Shown here: positions 11,201 to 44,289 of the stretch, piece by piece | Position numbering within the stretch: the stretch's first letter is position 1 | Layout: each line of letters opens with the position of its first letter | DNA from: Schmidtea polychroa | Taxonomy: Eukaryota | Assembly (NCBI GenBank): GCA_044892525.1 | Contig: CM097885.1 | Coordinates: forward strand, 20,028,001 to 20,092,000 | Length of the DNA: 64,000 bases | Direction of reading: 5' to 3' | Position numbers and translations under genes: made by a program | Notes under the pieces: model-generated | The model's input: the letters and a program-made list of their open reading frames with translations, nothing else | What the model was told of the DNA's origin: nothing | Databases searched by the model: none

Positions 11201-14200
11201 ACTCGCTAAAATTCCTATAAAATATGTAATATTCATACTATAGGTATTTGACTTGTCCGATTTGAAGAACATATCTTACGTACTATACTCGAGACCTTAA
11301 GAGAATCTACTAACCTCTCGACTACGAAGACATGTATACCAATAAGTTAACCTATAAATGAATAAATTCCTTTTGAAAAAACCTTAGTTGGTAAAACGAT
11401 GACATTTAGGAAAAGGATTAATTATAATATCAAGAAGACTAGAGTTATAACAAAAATACTAATCACAAGAAAATATCTGTTAATCAAGTCTCAAAGCAAC
11501 CAATTAATACTCAAAAAATTAAAAATTAATATAAAATTATTGAACAATCGCGAATGTTTTAAGTGTAAATGAAAAAATTTAATTTAAATGGACTAAATGT
11601 CACTGTAAAATTCACATTTTTGTACAAGATAAAAAAGATTGTCAAAACACTTAGCAGTCATTTTATCAATTTTATTTTATTAATGCTAAAGGTCATGAGT
11701 GCATTAGAAAAATTGAGTTCGAAAATTTAGAAATAAACGACACATCTGATAAATATTGAAAATTATCCAAATTAAATTTGTTATTAGATGAAAATCTGGA
11801 TTCATATAATTTATTTTTCAATGTGTAAATTAACTAAATATGTAATAATATATATTAGATATGACACCGTTATTCTGAATATTCAAACAACTATTGTATT
11901 TATTAAAAAGCTTGACTATGAATCAGTAAATATATTGATGTTTTTTGATATTCGCGAATTTTGGGCACTGCCTTTATCAAGTGATTTTGATCATTATTTA
12001 TTAATTTTGCAACTTACAAAAAAATTATTTTATATTAAATGTATTGGTTAATTTTAATTTTTAATTATATTTTAAATGATAATAATATTTTAGATATTTC
12101 TTATATTATTTTGTAATTTTAAATTTTAATAAATTTTTTGTATATGTTTAAAAAAAATGTCCCTGAAATTTAATTTAGTTGAATGTTGATGGAGGGTTTA
12201 TGCTTTTTGATAAAAATAGCTTCTGCGACTAATCTTTGTAATGTATTTTTGAACACATCCTGTAATAATTTGCATTTTGTTTCGTGTACGAGTGGTGCTG
12301 ATTTGCGTAATTTTTTCTAGTGTTCGTGATAATTGCTGGTTTGGTTTTGGATGTGTTCATTGAGTCTTGTTTGAAGCGTTCTATGTGTTTCGACGCTATG
12401 TATGATGCGTCACTTCTTGCGCAAGTGATTTGATATACAATGTTTTTTGAAAAGCAAAAACACTTGGTAGAGGATTGGCATAGACAATCTCGATGAAACA
12501 GGTCTGATGTTGGAAATTTTTGAGATTTCCGAAGTTGTGATGTCAAAAAGAAGTTGGGCGAATATGTACTGGGAACTCCATATCGCAAATGTAAGATCTC
12601 ATTATTTATATGTCTTATTGTTTGAAAAAGGAAAGTGTATGTATATTATTGGTTTGTTGACATGTTACTTTTGTGTATTGTGTCTGTTGGAGTTATATTC
12701 ATTTAAAAAGTATTTTTCAACGAATTCATTTGTGTATCCATTTTGCAAAAACTGTGTTTTAAAGTTTTCAAGGGTTTCTTGTTTTTTCGTTATGTCAGAA
12801 CAGTTCATTATTGGTCTTTTTCTCTCTCCTACTAATAGAACAATTTTTCGTTAAAGTGGAACATGACTTTCCCAAGGAAGAATGTGTCCACTGTGTAGAC
12901 TTTTAGTGAATAAATCTGTGTTGATAGTGAGTGTGTCCTGACCTTCAGAAAGACTTATCATGGTATCTAAAAAAGAAATTTTGCCTTCTGGGTTTGGTAG
13001 TTCAAGAGTAAATTGTATATTAATGTATTGTATATTATGTTGAGATGTATATTATGTGGCGACTATCATCAATATATCTTAATTCCAAAAAATGATTTAA
13101 TATTTGATTCTATATGATTCATTTAGAAAATAGCTAAAATTGGCGAAAGTTTGTTACCCATAGCTAAACGATGAATTTGTTTAAACGGTTTTCCTTAAAT
13201 TAATACACTATCTGAGTTTATAGCTAGTTTGATAATTTCTATGAAGTCTTGTTCAGATAAGTCTGCAAAAGCTGTTTCCGGTTTGAAAGTTTCGAAGAAA
13301 GAAGCTGCAACTGTAAAGACGTTGTTTCCTCCAATGAGATGAATGGATTCATAAAGATTTTCAAAATTTCTTTGTGGTTTTACTAAGAGTACTTATTTCT
13401 ACATCGCTTGACTCATAGCTTACTTCTACGAATTCCGAAATAATTCTTTCTCAGGCATAGATTTTTTATTAATCAGATTTTTAACTTCTCTTTGTTGTTT
13501 TATTTCTTTTTTACTATATATCATGTACTTTAAATTTTTAACCTAAATTTCATTTAAATTTATTTTAATTTACAGACCTTAGCAAATGCAATAAATTCTT
13601 GTTTTTGTTCAACAGTTAAATCAAAGCTTGTAACTTGTAGTTTTTTATAATTCTTGGCAATTTTTGAATGTCTTAATTGGATTGATAAAAATTTTATTGA
13701 TGATATTGTTTGAAAATAATAATTGGAATTCAATAAACTTCGTGTATTTGGTTTTATTGGATTTTGGAAACATCCAAGAGCAGCACCAGTCAGAATTAAT
13801 GTCGACTTAAAAATAACGATGGGAAATGGAGCAAATTTCGAAAAATTTATATAGTATTAATTACACGTGACACCAAATACACGTGACTTAATTCACTTAT
13901 AGTTGACATTGGATCATTGAACTGGATTAGATGAGGTCAATGAGGTCAAATATTGTATGTAGACGTCTACGCCAAAATATGTACTAGAGGAACATTCATT
14001 AAAAATTGATTAAAATAGACAATTCTGACAGGAAATGATTAATAGCCATGGAGTAATTTATTATTCAACTAAATGAATTTTGAAATATATAATGAAAGTA
14101 ATTAATCTCTATTATTAATTATTGATTTCCAATATTTAATTGAATTAGAAAATCTTTATAATTGTATATTTAATATTTAAGGACTCAATTCTCAATCTGT

Positions 14201-14583
14201 TGTAGTCAAGTAGGTAAATAATAGTAAGAACTGAGATATTTTCCCATTTGTAAAAAGATTGAATCAAGTAGGATATTAATAAACCAAAATTTAAGAAATA
14301 TGAATATATGAGATTCAGGAATTTCAACTTATGATTGAAAGTTATTATGAAAACATATTATTATATATTTATTACTTACAATAATAAGTATTGGGAAAAT
14401 ATGAATTTTGAAATAATTTTTACCTCTAATAATTCATGAATACTTTTATCCCTTTTATTTGTAATTTCTTTTAATGAAATTTCGTTTACTTTGCAGCAAA
14501 AGGATTAAATTAGTATTTAATTGTTTAACATTCAATTATTGATGCTACCAATAAGTCATCACTATATATTATATATTAGTAAA

Positions 14584-14638
<55 letters not shown>

Positions 14639-14644
14639 TTAATA

Positions 14645-14706
<62 letters not shown>

Positions 14707-14742
14707 GTAATAATAATAATAATAATAATAATAATGTTAATA

Positions 14743-14783
<41 letters not shown>

Positions 14784-14914
14784 GTAATAAAAATAATAAT
14801 AAGTAATAAAAATAATAATAATAAAAATAATAATAAATAATAATAATAAAAATAATAATAAATAATAAAAATAATAATAATAATAATAAATAATAATAAT
14901 AATAATAATAACAA

Positions 14915-14968
<54 letters not shown>

Positions 14969-14976
14969 GTAATAAA

Positions 14977-15065
<89 letters not shown>

Positions 15066-15109
15066 GTAATAAAAATAATAATAATAATAATAATAATAAT
15101 AGTAATAAA

Positions 15110-15171
<62 letters not shown>

Positions 15172-16039
15172 GTAATAATTTATAATAATTATAATAAACA
15201 AAAACAATAATGTTCCAGTAATTTCAAAAGCCTTACAGATCCCGATTCCGCCATAATTGATATACATTGGTCCATGCCTCCTCCCTGAGTGCCGATATAT
15301 CTCTCACATGATGCACACAATGCCGCTAATTTTTTCTGAAAAGTGCTGAAATTAAAACGCAAAAATATTTGACAAATTTTACTTTAGGAATATTAAGATC
15401 CAAACATTTCATTGTGACCATGGCTGAACAAACGACTAATGCGCTGCTACTGGATAAACCGGCGTTTGGGGGAATATTGCCATCTACCAGAACCTTAATA
15501 GATTTCCTTTGATAATTCTTAAATTACAAGGTATTATCCAAGATAAAATACTATACATTCATTACTATTCCATTTTCATTTGCATATTCTATGATTCCTT
15601 TGTATCCACACAAAAAATAATTATACCATTTAGGATGATTACTGTTTATTGTTAATTCTTCGACCTCTAAATCAAGACTAAAATCCCTAGAAGTATAAAT
15701 TATTAGTTTAATAATTCTTAAACTTAATATAATTCATGCTTTACTCATAAAAACCATTCTTATTTTGAAGCGATATTCGATTTCCGTCAGAACTAGAGCT
15801 AAAAGTCATGAAAATGTCATTTTCAATTGCCATTGGAAAAACACAGTAACCACAATAATCAATATGTTCACCTAAATTAACGAATAATTGGCAAATTCTA
15901 AAAATTAGACACCTATAATGTTAACGCGTCCTGGAGCTCGAGCAAATTGTATATTATCATTTATTTCGAAATGTTTTTTAAATAAATCAAGTTCTTTATC
16001 AACATTTCGATCAACTTTTTTGACACTTATAAATTCCAT
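5486..16039 (-). CDS. GALK2: N-acetylgalactosamine kinase / galactokinase (GHMP family), 9 exons
   Basis: Exons spliced by hand with GT-AG junctions in consistent phase: 16039-15913, 15871-15745, 15686-15557, 15517-15383, 15335-15237, 9520-9362, 9305-9092, 9047-8840, 5684-5486. Motifs: [69 protein letters not shown]. Confidence 0.93.
6269..7088. mobile_element. Solo LTR (Gypsy-type)
   Basis: TGTTGGG...CCCAACA inverted termini with a 4-bp ATAT target-site duplication. A related partial copy lies in the opposite orientation at about 25772-26150. Confidence 0.7.
9750..11520 (+). mobile_element. Highly decayed Penelope-like element (pLTR with hammerhead, then RT remnant)
   Basis: A hammerhead-bearing repeat is followed by a decayed ORF containing LDYEDMYTN near 11317-11343, which resembles RT motif A. 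Confidence 0.4.
9897..9941 (+). ncRNA. Decayed Penelope-type minimal hammerhead motif
   Basis: TTTTAC-TCGATTA-C-GGCAT(GAAAA)CTGTC-GAAA-TATA-TC-GTAAAA. Helix I TTTTAC/GTAAAA is intact; the CUGANGA box is mutated. Confidence 0.55.
12200..13780 (-). mobile_element. Penelope-like retroelement remnant (RT plus GIY-YIG)
   Basis: Minus-strand motifs in order: [70 protein letters not shown]...SYI (GIY-YIG). Confidence 0.85.
14585..15180. repeat. (AAT)n microsatellite, about 600 bp
   Basis: Seen directly. Confidence 0.97.
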
Positions 16040-18769
16040 TTTTAATTTGAATATTTTACTATACAGCCTTGGATTTGGACAAATTCAAACAAACAGCATA
16101 AAGAATTATTTTATATTTTTTAACAGAGGTTTATAATATTTTTGTATATAATACCACCTATTATTACGTCATGCTATTCATTTTTCTAAATTTTAATGTT
16201 TAATGCTTATATATTAGAATTGATGTTATACTACCAGGAATGGCAGTACATATGCTGTACACTGTATAGGTTTCTGTCGCCTTGGTGCTAAATTTTTGTG
16301 TTTTATTTTTCAAAAAAGATTTATTATGTAAATAAATTTTAAATAATGATTTAATTTTTAAAGATTTTTTCTAATTGCATAGATAAAAGTACAATTAAAG
16401 AGTTGTGTAAATATAATTAATGAAAAAAATAAAGAGATATACAGTGGTGGGTTATGAAACTCTTTCCCTTTTGGAAACTTATACAGCATCACTTTCACTA
16501 TGTTCGCATCCCCTTATCAACTATGTATAACTATTTTAATTGACCACTAAATACCAGTCGCAAGTAACGTTGGCACTGCGACTTAGTGGGTAGTTTTCAG
16601 CAAAAGGTGAACCCTATTACGAGGACTGCTAATGACCTCATCAGTTTCTGGGTTCATTGGTTAACATAAAAGGTGTCGTGCCCATTTTCTTTTGTACCTT
16701 CATAATTTCATGAGTTATTCAATCCTTAGTCGTTGCCGCATACCTATGTTAAACTTTCGCAAAGAAAATTCAAAGAATTTTGAAAATGTGATATTATGAA
16801 TCCGTCGACTTATTTGCGATAATGTATTGTAGCTGCTCATATTACATATATATATATATATATATTTGGTACAGTTACATTGAATTTTATATATACTCAT
16901 ATTTATCTTCGAGTTCAAATTTCGCTAGGACTATAAATTTCTTTGGCCTCAAACCAAAAGTTGATACATCATTTTGGTTGATTTTAAGTTCGTTAGTTAT
17001 CGAATTTAATATGACTACCTCTTAGTGAGGAAATCTTTCAGATTTAATTAGTTATTTAGATTTACTCAAAGTAAGGGAAATCAAACAAATTAAAAAAATT
17101 AAACATTTTTAATTATAAAATATAACTAGCCATTTAGCTACAAATAAGACACAATATAAATAAAAATTCAGAATAAATAACGGGGCTGGGTCTACATGGC
17201 TTCTTGGTAACTGGAGCCACTGCCATAATTCTTTAGATGAGTGCCGCAATAGAAGAAAATAATTCAGTTTCCGAATATGAATGCACTCGACCAATTCCTG
17301 CGTCGGTGTATATTCCACCCCGCCACTCTATAATCTTCTGAAGTTGCCCTCGGATTGTGATCTAGAGATAGTGAATGATCCCTTGGTCCTCGACCCGATA
17401 CTTTTCGATTGCTTTAATTTTCTGTAGTAGTTTGCAAACAGATTTCGACCAGAACTATATTGATTTAAACTTCTACACTTTTGGACAAGAGAGTTAGTCA
17501 TTTCTGCTTGACGAGCCGCTTCTGAGGTAAATCGTGCTACGTAATGACGAAACTTTTCCTTAGGATCCCTACTGCACAAAAATTACTTAAAGCACAGGTG
17601 ATATTTCTACTACCACTTATAATAGCGAATAAAATATTTTAGATGGTAAAAAAAGAAAAACTTATCGTTCGTACCAATTTTCCATCTTAGATCCAATATG
17701 TTTTTACATTTACTCATTCTAATCTAATCTTATCTATTTTATTCTTATTTATTTCGATTTTTATCATAATATTTATAATCAATTATTATTAGTGAATTGA
17801 GGATGTACATCTTTATCTACGAACTCTTTGTATTTATTCTATTTATGTTTTATATGACCAGCTACAATTAACTCATCGACTCAATTGATGATAAAATGTT
17901 AAAAAGTTTTATTTCTTACAAAATTAAATAGAAAGTTATTAATATAAGGTCCTCGTTTCATTTTAACTCGATTTCACTCTATTTCGTCTTCTTAGCCAGA
18001 TACTTTTCTTTGCTAAATTATGATAAAAAACAAAAATGAAAATTAATCATTCATAATCATTATTATCTGAACAAAATTTATAAAACTATTATTTAATTTC
18101 AATAATATTTTATCGTGTGTTTTAACATCGCAATAATTCCTACTACTTTTAATTCTCATCTTTTCTGGCGATGCATCCTTGAAGTTCCAATTTTCTTTTG
18201 ATATTCGCCAATTTTTGGCACTGCCCTTTTCTAGTGAAATTTTATCAATATCTTTAATTTAAATCATAGAAATTGAAAAGAAAACGAAAACTAAATAAGA
18301 CCTATCCAAAGCCTAAAAGCAATGACACCGCCATTTTAAAATGTCATTGATTTATGCCCGAAATCAAAGTTCAAATCATCAATTCAATGGCGTTATGAGG
18401 GTTGATTTCATCCCCTTACGACACCCAATAGACTTAATCCTAGTCCGTCAGTGCCAAATAACGGAAACGTAAACAATCAATATCTCAAATCTCAACTTGA
18501 TGGTTCCTATATAAATAAGAACACAAACACTGGTTCAATAAATCTATTTATTTATCACAATTACAAATTTAAAAAAATGTAGAACAATCACCTCAAAATA
18601 ATTTTAATTTGTGTCTGATATATCAGTACAAAAAAACAAAACAAAACTTAAAAATAAAATTTTCTATGTAATCACTTCTTATAACTGTTACATTTAGTTT
18701 TTATCGCCCATTAAACAAAAAATTAAGGAAACGAACCCCAAAAATCTAGTTAGGGTGCGAAAATAAATT

Positions 18770-19040
18770 CTGGTTTGTCGTACTATACCGAGGTACGTTG
18801 GTTTTCCTGCTCAAAGGTTCTCAAACAATTTTGGGATTTGAAAGACGAAATATGTCAGTTTTTAACATCAAAAAAACAAGACATCGCCTTGTTTTCTGAT
18901 ACAGTGTGGTTTTATCTTTTATGGTTGATATAACGAAACACTTATCCGATTTAAATTTGAAACTGCAAGGAAAGGATCAAATCATTAAAAACATGTGTGA
19001 CCAAGTTAATGCTTTCAAATGTTACCACATTTTCTTCAAA

Positions 19041-19101
<61 letters not shown>

Positions 19102-19265
19102 AATAATAATAATAATAAAAAAATGTTTTTTAGTTTTGTTGAGCTTTTAATTAAATAAATATTAACGTCGGTGTTTCAGACTCCACATGTTCTGAAAAAC
19201 AATTATTTATGTTCATGATACTAGTCTAATGCGGCCCGCAGGCCAGTTTGAGTTTGAGACCCCTG
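18770..19265 (+). mobile_element. hAT (SPIN/GTF2IRD2-like) transposon remnant
   Basis: YTEVRWFS..KVLKQFWDLKDEI..FMVDITKHLSDLNLKLQGK; the 3' end reads GCGGCCCGC...TTTGAGACCCCTG. Confidence 0.75.
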
Positions 19266-20419
19266 CTCTAAATCATATTCTAATATCAATTTCTGAATTA
19301 ACAAGTCTTCTTAGAAGCTTTTATTTTTTAGGTGGTTTGACTGATAAATCAGTCTACTTATATATAAAATCTGTATTAACACTCCATTTCGAATGTCAAT
19401 ACACTATTCTATTAAAATAAAATTTCTGTTTTAAAAATATTGTGCACTTATTGGAATAAAAAACAAAATAAACAATCCTGCACCAAGTGCGGAAGAAAAA
19501 CAAACAAATCACATTGATTTAATTTAGCAGAAATTTGCCGTTCATTGTTGGTCCTTAAGGAAAAAAGCAACTGACCAATCAACTCTCTCTCTCTCTCTTT
19601 TCACTTCGTTCATTTTTGCATGTGTTTCGCTGTCGAATTGTGCAAATGTGTAATAATAACAACAATAATAACAAGTTACAACAAACAAATGATAATAACG
19701 CTCAGAAAATTAAAATAAGAATATATTAGTATTATTCATGACTTTAAATAAAATTGTAAATGAGTTTATTTTTTAATATAAGATATCACCAAGAACCAAT
19801 AAATCAATAAAAATAAAATATTTATGTTGATTATTTACATCCAAATTGTTTAAAATCAAATATAAGTTATTATCACAATATATTAATGTTTATCTCATTA
19901 ATCACATAAATATTATTAATCACATAAATATTATTGTCCACATGTATATTTATTCTATATATTTATTTGTTCCTATTATGTAATATTTAAGTTTTAAAAT
20001 CTTCAGTGTTCGTCCATCTTCTAACATTAATAACGTTTATAAATATAGGTCCTATATTTACAAAATCAATAAATGAAAAAGTTAATTCAAGGTCGGTTAG
20101 TAAATGATTGTAAGAACTAAGAACTACATAGTATAAAGTTATGATTTCTTGGTAGCAGCATTTATTATTTAAAACAACAAAGTGATAATTTAAGCCTTTT
20201 GCAGCGAATAATGTATTTAATGAAAGAAATTCGACTATTAGATAGTCCTTGCCAATCTCCTGGGACTATTAACAAGGACTATCTTATAGACGAAAATCTT
20301 TTTATTAATTACATTATTCGCAGCAAAAGGCTTAAATTATCACTTTATTGTTTTAAGAACTACATAAAAATATGTTATTTTTTTAATTGTTATTTTAACA
20401 TTAAATGTTTTTGTCATAG

Positions 20420-21575
20420 TAAATCTGGACTAAATCAGAAATTTCCTTTCACGGCTTTTAGAACTGCAAACTTGTTAATTACATCATCGAAATCAACTCC
20501 TTTCGTCAGATCACTCATCATAGAAAGTGGTCAATTTTGGAATGGACACCAGTAAATCTTCTTCAGTGGCAGATATCAAACTCTTGACTTGAACAATCTC
20601 AAACATGGCTGCTATTTCCTTGAAGGCTCTTGATCTGATCTGGATTTCCGAATGAAAAAGATCAAAATACTCAAGCATTGCTCTCTTGTTTTCTTCTTAC
20701 AGAGTTAGTCCAGCATCTCTTGTCTTCTCACCTGTCATCCTCTTCTCTACCTCTCTACTGAAATTCCATATTGATCTGATTTTAAAAGCGCCTGTTCCAT
20801 TGCCTGCTCCACAAGATGATTATGCTGCTCATACAGAAAAAGTCTTAGAGTTTCTAGATTTATCACCATCTTGTGAATAGTTACGCTCATAGTCTGAAGG
20901 TACAGAAGATTAACTTCTTCCATTACATCACACCAAAAAAAGACGTAGCACAGAAACGTGAAAATGCAGACGACAGGTAAAAGACCTCTAATTGTACCTT
21001 TTGTGTCTAAATTTTCATCTGGATCACATTGAGCTTCAATTGCCGCCACGCATTCATCGAATTTTTCTTTCACTACCTTTATTGTAGCATGATGAGAACT
21101 TCAGCGTGTTGTTGATAGTATTTTTCTGAGACTCCAGTGTGGTCCATTAAAACATCCCATCGGTGAATGAAAGTAGCAAAGAAAGTGTGTATAACTAACA
21201 GAACAGAGATATTTTTGTATTTTAATAATATAATACATTTCTGTTGCTTGACTCTGGGCCGGCTGGGCTGAAAAAATGCATAAGAATAACTTGATGGAGT
21301 GGAATAGAATCATAGATACTGACATTTTGTATTTTGGTGTTGTTGTGATTAGAAAAGCATTAATTACTCAAAACCAATTTAACAAAATATTAATTAAATT
21401 TTTTTTAAATAATTAAGAATTGTGATAAAATAAATATTTTGATTTTGTTAAATCACTATGTCAAATCATAACATTGGCAACCACGATGCAATTCAACAAC
21501 AATCAGAAGAGAAATTTTTCAGATGATTCACCCGGTGTCACTCGGTGTGGTCCGAACCTCCGCACCACCCTAGTA
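20420..21575 (-). mobile_element. hAT (ZMYM1-like) transposase remnant
   Basis: ORF 20747-21073 (...GLL...FLCYVFFWCDVMEEVN..LQT) and flanking frameshifted segments resemble ZMYM1-like hAT transposases. A GC-rich terminus lies near 21530-21575. Confidence 0.6.
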
Positions 21576-22755
21576 ATAGATTTTTATAAAATGCGTTTAT
21601 TCAAAAGTTTTTATGTGACTACGGAGCTAAATTACTTGGCGCGATAGATTATATATAATTCTAATTTGATCCAATTTATGACGTGCCTGTAGCATTTGAT
21701 GATTTTGTCGATAACTGATCTTCATTACAGATTAATGGGAAGACACATCGGAAGTTAACGAAGACGACATCTAGTTAATCCGAAGTTTTTTGCATGACAT
21801 TTAGAATGTACGCGATCGTTTAAACGACTACTTGGCCCGAACTAATAATTCAGTAGATACTTGGCTTAGAACATTTCAGCAGGCGGTTGACTGTCAACCT
21901 CGTGGATCATTTTCGGCAAGAACAAAATCACATGAAATTCTTAATTGAACGTTATCAATCCAGATTCCGAAATGCATAGGCATGCTAATGTAAATATGTT
22001 CAATTAAATCGACGCCGACTGGCTTTGCTTCCAACTTACGGAATAATATCGTCAATGGATTATCTACACCATGTTGCAAATCGTGTCCCTGTGTAGATAT
22101 AGACATTTCAGTTCTTGTTCTTGTAATTTTTAATTAATTTTTATTATCACAAAATATTTTATTCTATTTATTGAAGATCAGTTGGGAATAAATTTGTTAC
22201 TATTAATAATGGGATTACCATGCATTTACTAAAATGTTGTTGAGTTTCTAATAAATTGGGTAGGAATATTACAAATTTTGACTCCACTTGTTTTTATATT
22301 GACTAACTGAAATCTGTCAATCTAAATAAAACAATTTGTACTCCTCAATTTATGCACCACTTTATCAAACTACAAGTTCCACATTACAATAGTAACAATT
22401 CCCAAATTCTGCGGAAAACATTTGCTGGCAGATAATTATTTCAATTTTCAAGTTCAACAAATTCTTTGGTCCTGGTAAATTACACTCGCTTAACACTGTC
22501 TTATTTTCGACAAAAACTTGAAATTGTAAAATAACTTACAAAAATTGTATACGATGGTCTCTCATCTTTCATAGTGAGAGATTTGCTTTCAATCTTAGAA
22601 TTATCTAAGGAAAGAAAGTCAATTAATTTTTTATTTTTAATCTCTTCATTTTTTGCAATGATTGATGAAATAAATAAATTTGTAATTTAATTAGTTTCTA
22701 TTGCAATACCTACACTTTTATGGTTCACCTCCAATTTGAAATAAATAATATATAC

Positions 22756-23563
22756 AGCGCCACGCTGTAACTTTGGGAGACCCTGTGCAGACACTAAAAA
22801 AATTTTACTGCGCTCATTTATATTGATTTTATAATAATACAAATAAATTATAAAGCGATTTTTCTAGCTATTTCGCTGGCAAATTCATCAATTATATCAT
22901 TGTAATCAATTGTTGTGGCTGTGGCATTTTCTATCGACAGTATTGCTAATCCAGAAAGTCTTTCCTGTGACATTGTAAACCGTAGATAATTAATTTTAGT
23001 TTTTAAAACGATCGTTCACACTGAGCAACGGTAATGGATACTGTAAAAATTATTCGATATACGATACATACATACACTTGATTATAATACTTCCAAATTC
23101 CTTTCAAAAATGAATCCCAAATTCTCCATAATAGTACAATTATCTCTTAAAATAGAAAGTTCATTTTTTAATTCTACCTCTTCAATATCACCTTCTATGT
23201 GTTTGTAGACCAGATTTGTACAATTAGTATTGAATTAATTTCTATTCATGGTTTTTAACTTTTCATTATTGAAAAGAAAACCAAAAATTTCATTCAAAGG
23301 ATTACACGATTCAAATCGTTTTTGCAATGAATCTTTCACAATACCGATTAATTTATTAAAATTAGATTGTTGAAATTTATCCTCAGCAGGTAGTTAGATG
23401 GTTACAAATTATTAATTTCACAAATGAGCTCACATATTTTGAATTTTCATCGTTAATCTTTTTCTTTCAATTCGTGATATATTTTTGCTGTTGAAGACGT
23501 TTTTCTAATGTATTCAATATTTGGAGGCCCAGTGCGATTGTATTTGTTGCACTTAGTACGTCG

Positions 23564-23565
<2 letters not shown>
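22756..23565 (-). mobile_element. hAT remnant with dimerization-domain sequence
   Basis: Encodes TMSQERLSGLAILSIEN. Same family as 30077-30529. Confidence 0.7.
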
Positions 23566-23658
<93 letters not shown>

Positions 23659-24219
23659 TCATTTTTTTTAATTGTCAACTGTTTCCAGTTCCACAGTTTT
23701 ACCAAATGGTAATAAGTGATAATTTAATCGTTCATTAATTTACAATATTTTTATGCAGCAGAAAAAATTTAAAAAAAGCACCAAGGGAAAAAATAAAATT
23801 TCAATAAAATTTTTTCTAATGACATGATACATAACTTATTGAAAAGAAATAAAGAGAAAAGAGTGCATAGAAAAAATAGTGCACTTTACCAATATATTTA
23901 TATAATTTATCATCATGCTACCAGATTTACAAAAAGGATACGAAAATAACTAAATTTATCAAAAGATATTTCTCTACAAATTATCATCTCCACATTGACA
24001 AAATCTGCATTGTTCGTCCTGTCAAATCGACTCAAATCCCTCCGTTCGCATTTACCATTAAATACAAAATTCTCTTTCAAATCATTACCAATTAGAAATA
24101 TATAATATATGTATAATATATATAATATGTATCAAAATATCTCCAAAGATAATAGAGGCTTAATTTCTACCATTCCAAATAAATAAACAGAAAAATTTAG
24201 CCACATACAGATGAAGAAA

Positions 24220-24274
<55 letters not shown>

Positions 24275-24284
24275 TTGTTACAAA

Positions 24285-42589
<18,305 letters not shown>

Positions 42590-43669
42590 GTTGAGACTTC
42601 GTACTCAACTAATTATCGATAAAACATTCCACAGAAATATGATGAAAAAAAAAATACTGAGCAATTGATATTAAATTGTATTGGTAAGTTTCCAAGCAAC
42701 CAAGAATAAATAATTACACGGCAAAAAAACTATCAGACTATTTTGACAGTGAAATAAAAAGTAAATATTGAGTCATAGTGCATTCGAATAGCTGAACAGT
42801 ATTTGTTGAGCTCCTAGTTGTAATTTTAAGGTCGAATATTCAATTGGCTATCGCTTATTATTTATCAAGCAAATAATTGCACACACACAGACTCAACTAG
42901 AAAATTATAGTTGATACATCTCTTGAATATATAAAAGACCAATCGGCAATTAATAATCAAACATGTAGTCATAATTATGAGATTAGAATTTAAATTGAAA
43001 TTCGAAACTAACATGTTAATAATAAAGAAAATTAGAAATGAGTATGGAATTTATATTTATAATAACTTAATATAGATTAATAGTTATTGTTGGAATTTAG
43101 AATTTTTATGATTGAATTTATTAGAAAAATTATTAAAATGAAAAATAATTTACTTATTTAAGAATAACTTTATCAAATTATATCATAAATGTTGGATATT
43201 CAAAAATTATTAAAAACAATATAATTGAATTACCTCGAATTATTTTAATTCCTTCTATGGTAACAACTAATTGATAGTTTTAAACAAATCTAAAAACATC
43301 AAAATGAAATTATGATTATTTTTTATACGTAAAAATATTTTCTGAAAAGATTTAAATGCACAGAAGAAAATGTTGTATAGTATTATTTGGATAGCCGCAA
43401 TTTAATCTCTTAAAATTTGAGATATTCTTTTATTTTTAAAAACCAGAAAACATATATCAATTGTTTATTTCTGTAAATTTAATATTTTAATAACTTCTCT
43501 AATGATAAAGACAAATTTATAATTTAAAATTTGCAAATAATTTTATAAATTGAATGTTAAATGTCATCTGAAATTTACAAATGAGTATATCATATAAATA
43601 TGGCACCAAATTAATAAAAATATTTCATATTAATTTATAAAATATCTACACTTGATTTTGGTCTCTTAA

Positions 43670-43840
43670 CCGTTTGCGGACGGAATTATTTTAATAAGTA
43701 GTATTTTAATATATTATTTTTTAGCATAAAATCTTTTAGTATATGAATGCCCGATATCGTTATAGATTGGCCATTATACATTGTAGAACGCGTGGAATAA
43801 AATTCGTGGCCAGCAGTGATGGCCTACCTTCCACAAACGG
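43670..43840. mobile_element. Degenerate piggyBac-type MITE
   Basis: TTAA|CCGTTTGCGGACGG ... CCTTCCACAAACGG|CTAA. Confidence 0.55.
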
Positions 43841-44289
43841 CTAATAGTTGTCAAAATTTTCTGTTTTTTTGATTAACAGTATAAACTTCTTAGACATTAT
43901 TCTTAGGAAATAAATTTAAAAACTTTGAAGATATTTGTCTTTTTGATTCATTAATTTTGATCCATTTTCTAAATCGTAGAAATGTTTTCCATAATATTAA
44001 TATTACAACAATGTTCTTAATATATTACTGTTGAGCATAAAATAAATCGGTAAATAATTTTTACGTGACACCAAGTCATCTAAATGGTAAAAAACGCATA
44101 GTTAAAAAATTGCTATGATCCTGAATTTTTGAGATTGGGTGAATGAAAATTATTTTAACAAATGTTTTACTAGGACCAAATCTTATACGCGTTCAATTGT
44201 AATTGACATTATTAAACTTAATAGTTAGAAATTACTACAATAATTTATCAACGTGTAATTGTAGATCAGTTTTTTTGATGTCTAATAGC

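Noticed and set aside
14562..15267. Long poly-I/L/Y/N ORFs (also at 35315-35683, 60662-60940, 27109-27333 and 23508-23738)
   Set aside because: They are translations of (AAT)n or (TA)n microsatellites. Only the kinase, GALK and NCX exon parts are real.
16610..16655. Minus-strand CTGATGA as another hammerhead
   Set aside because: No GAAA box follows a helix II, and there is no helix I pairing.
17328..17579. 83-aa ORF as a host gene
   Set aside because: No splice-consistent model. It looks like a decayed gag-like fragment and is too weak to call.
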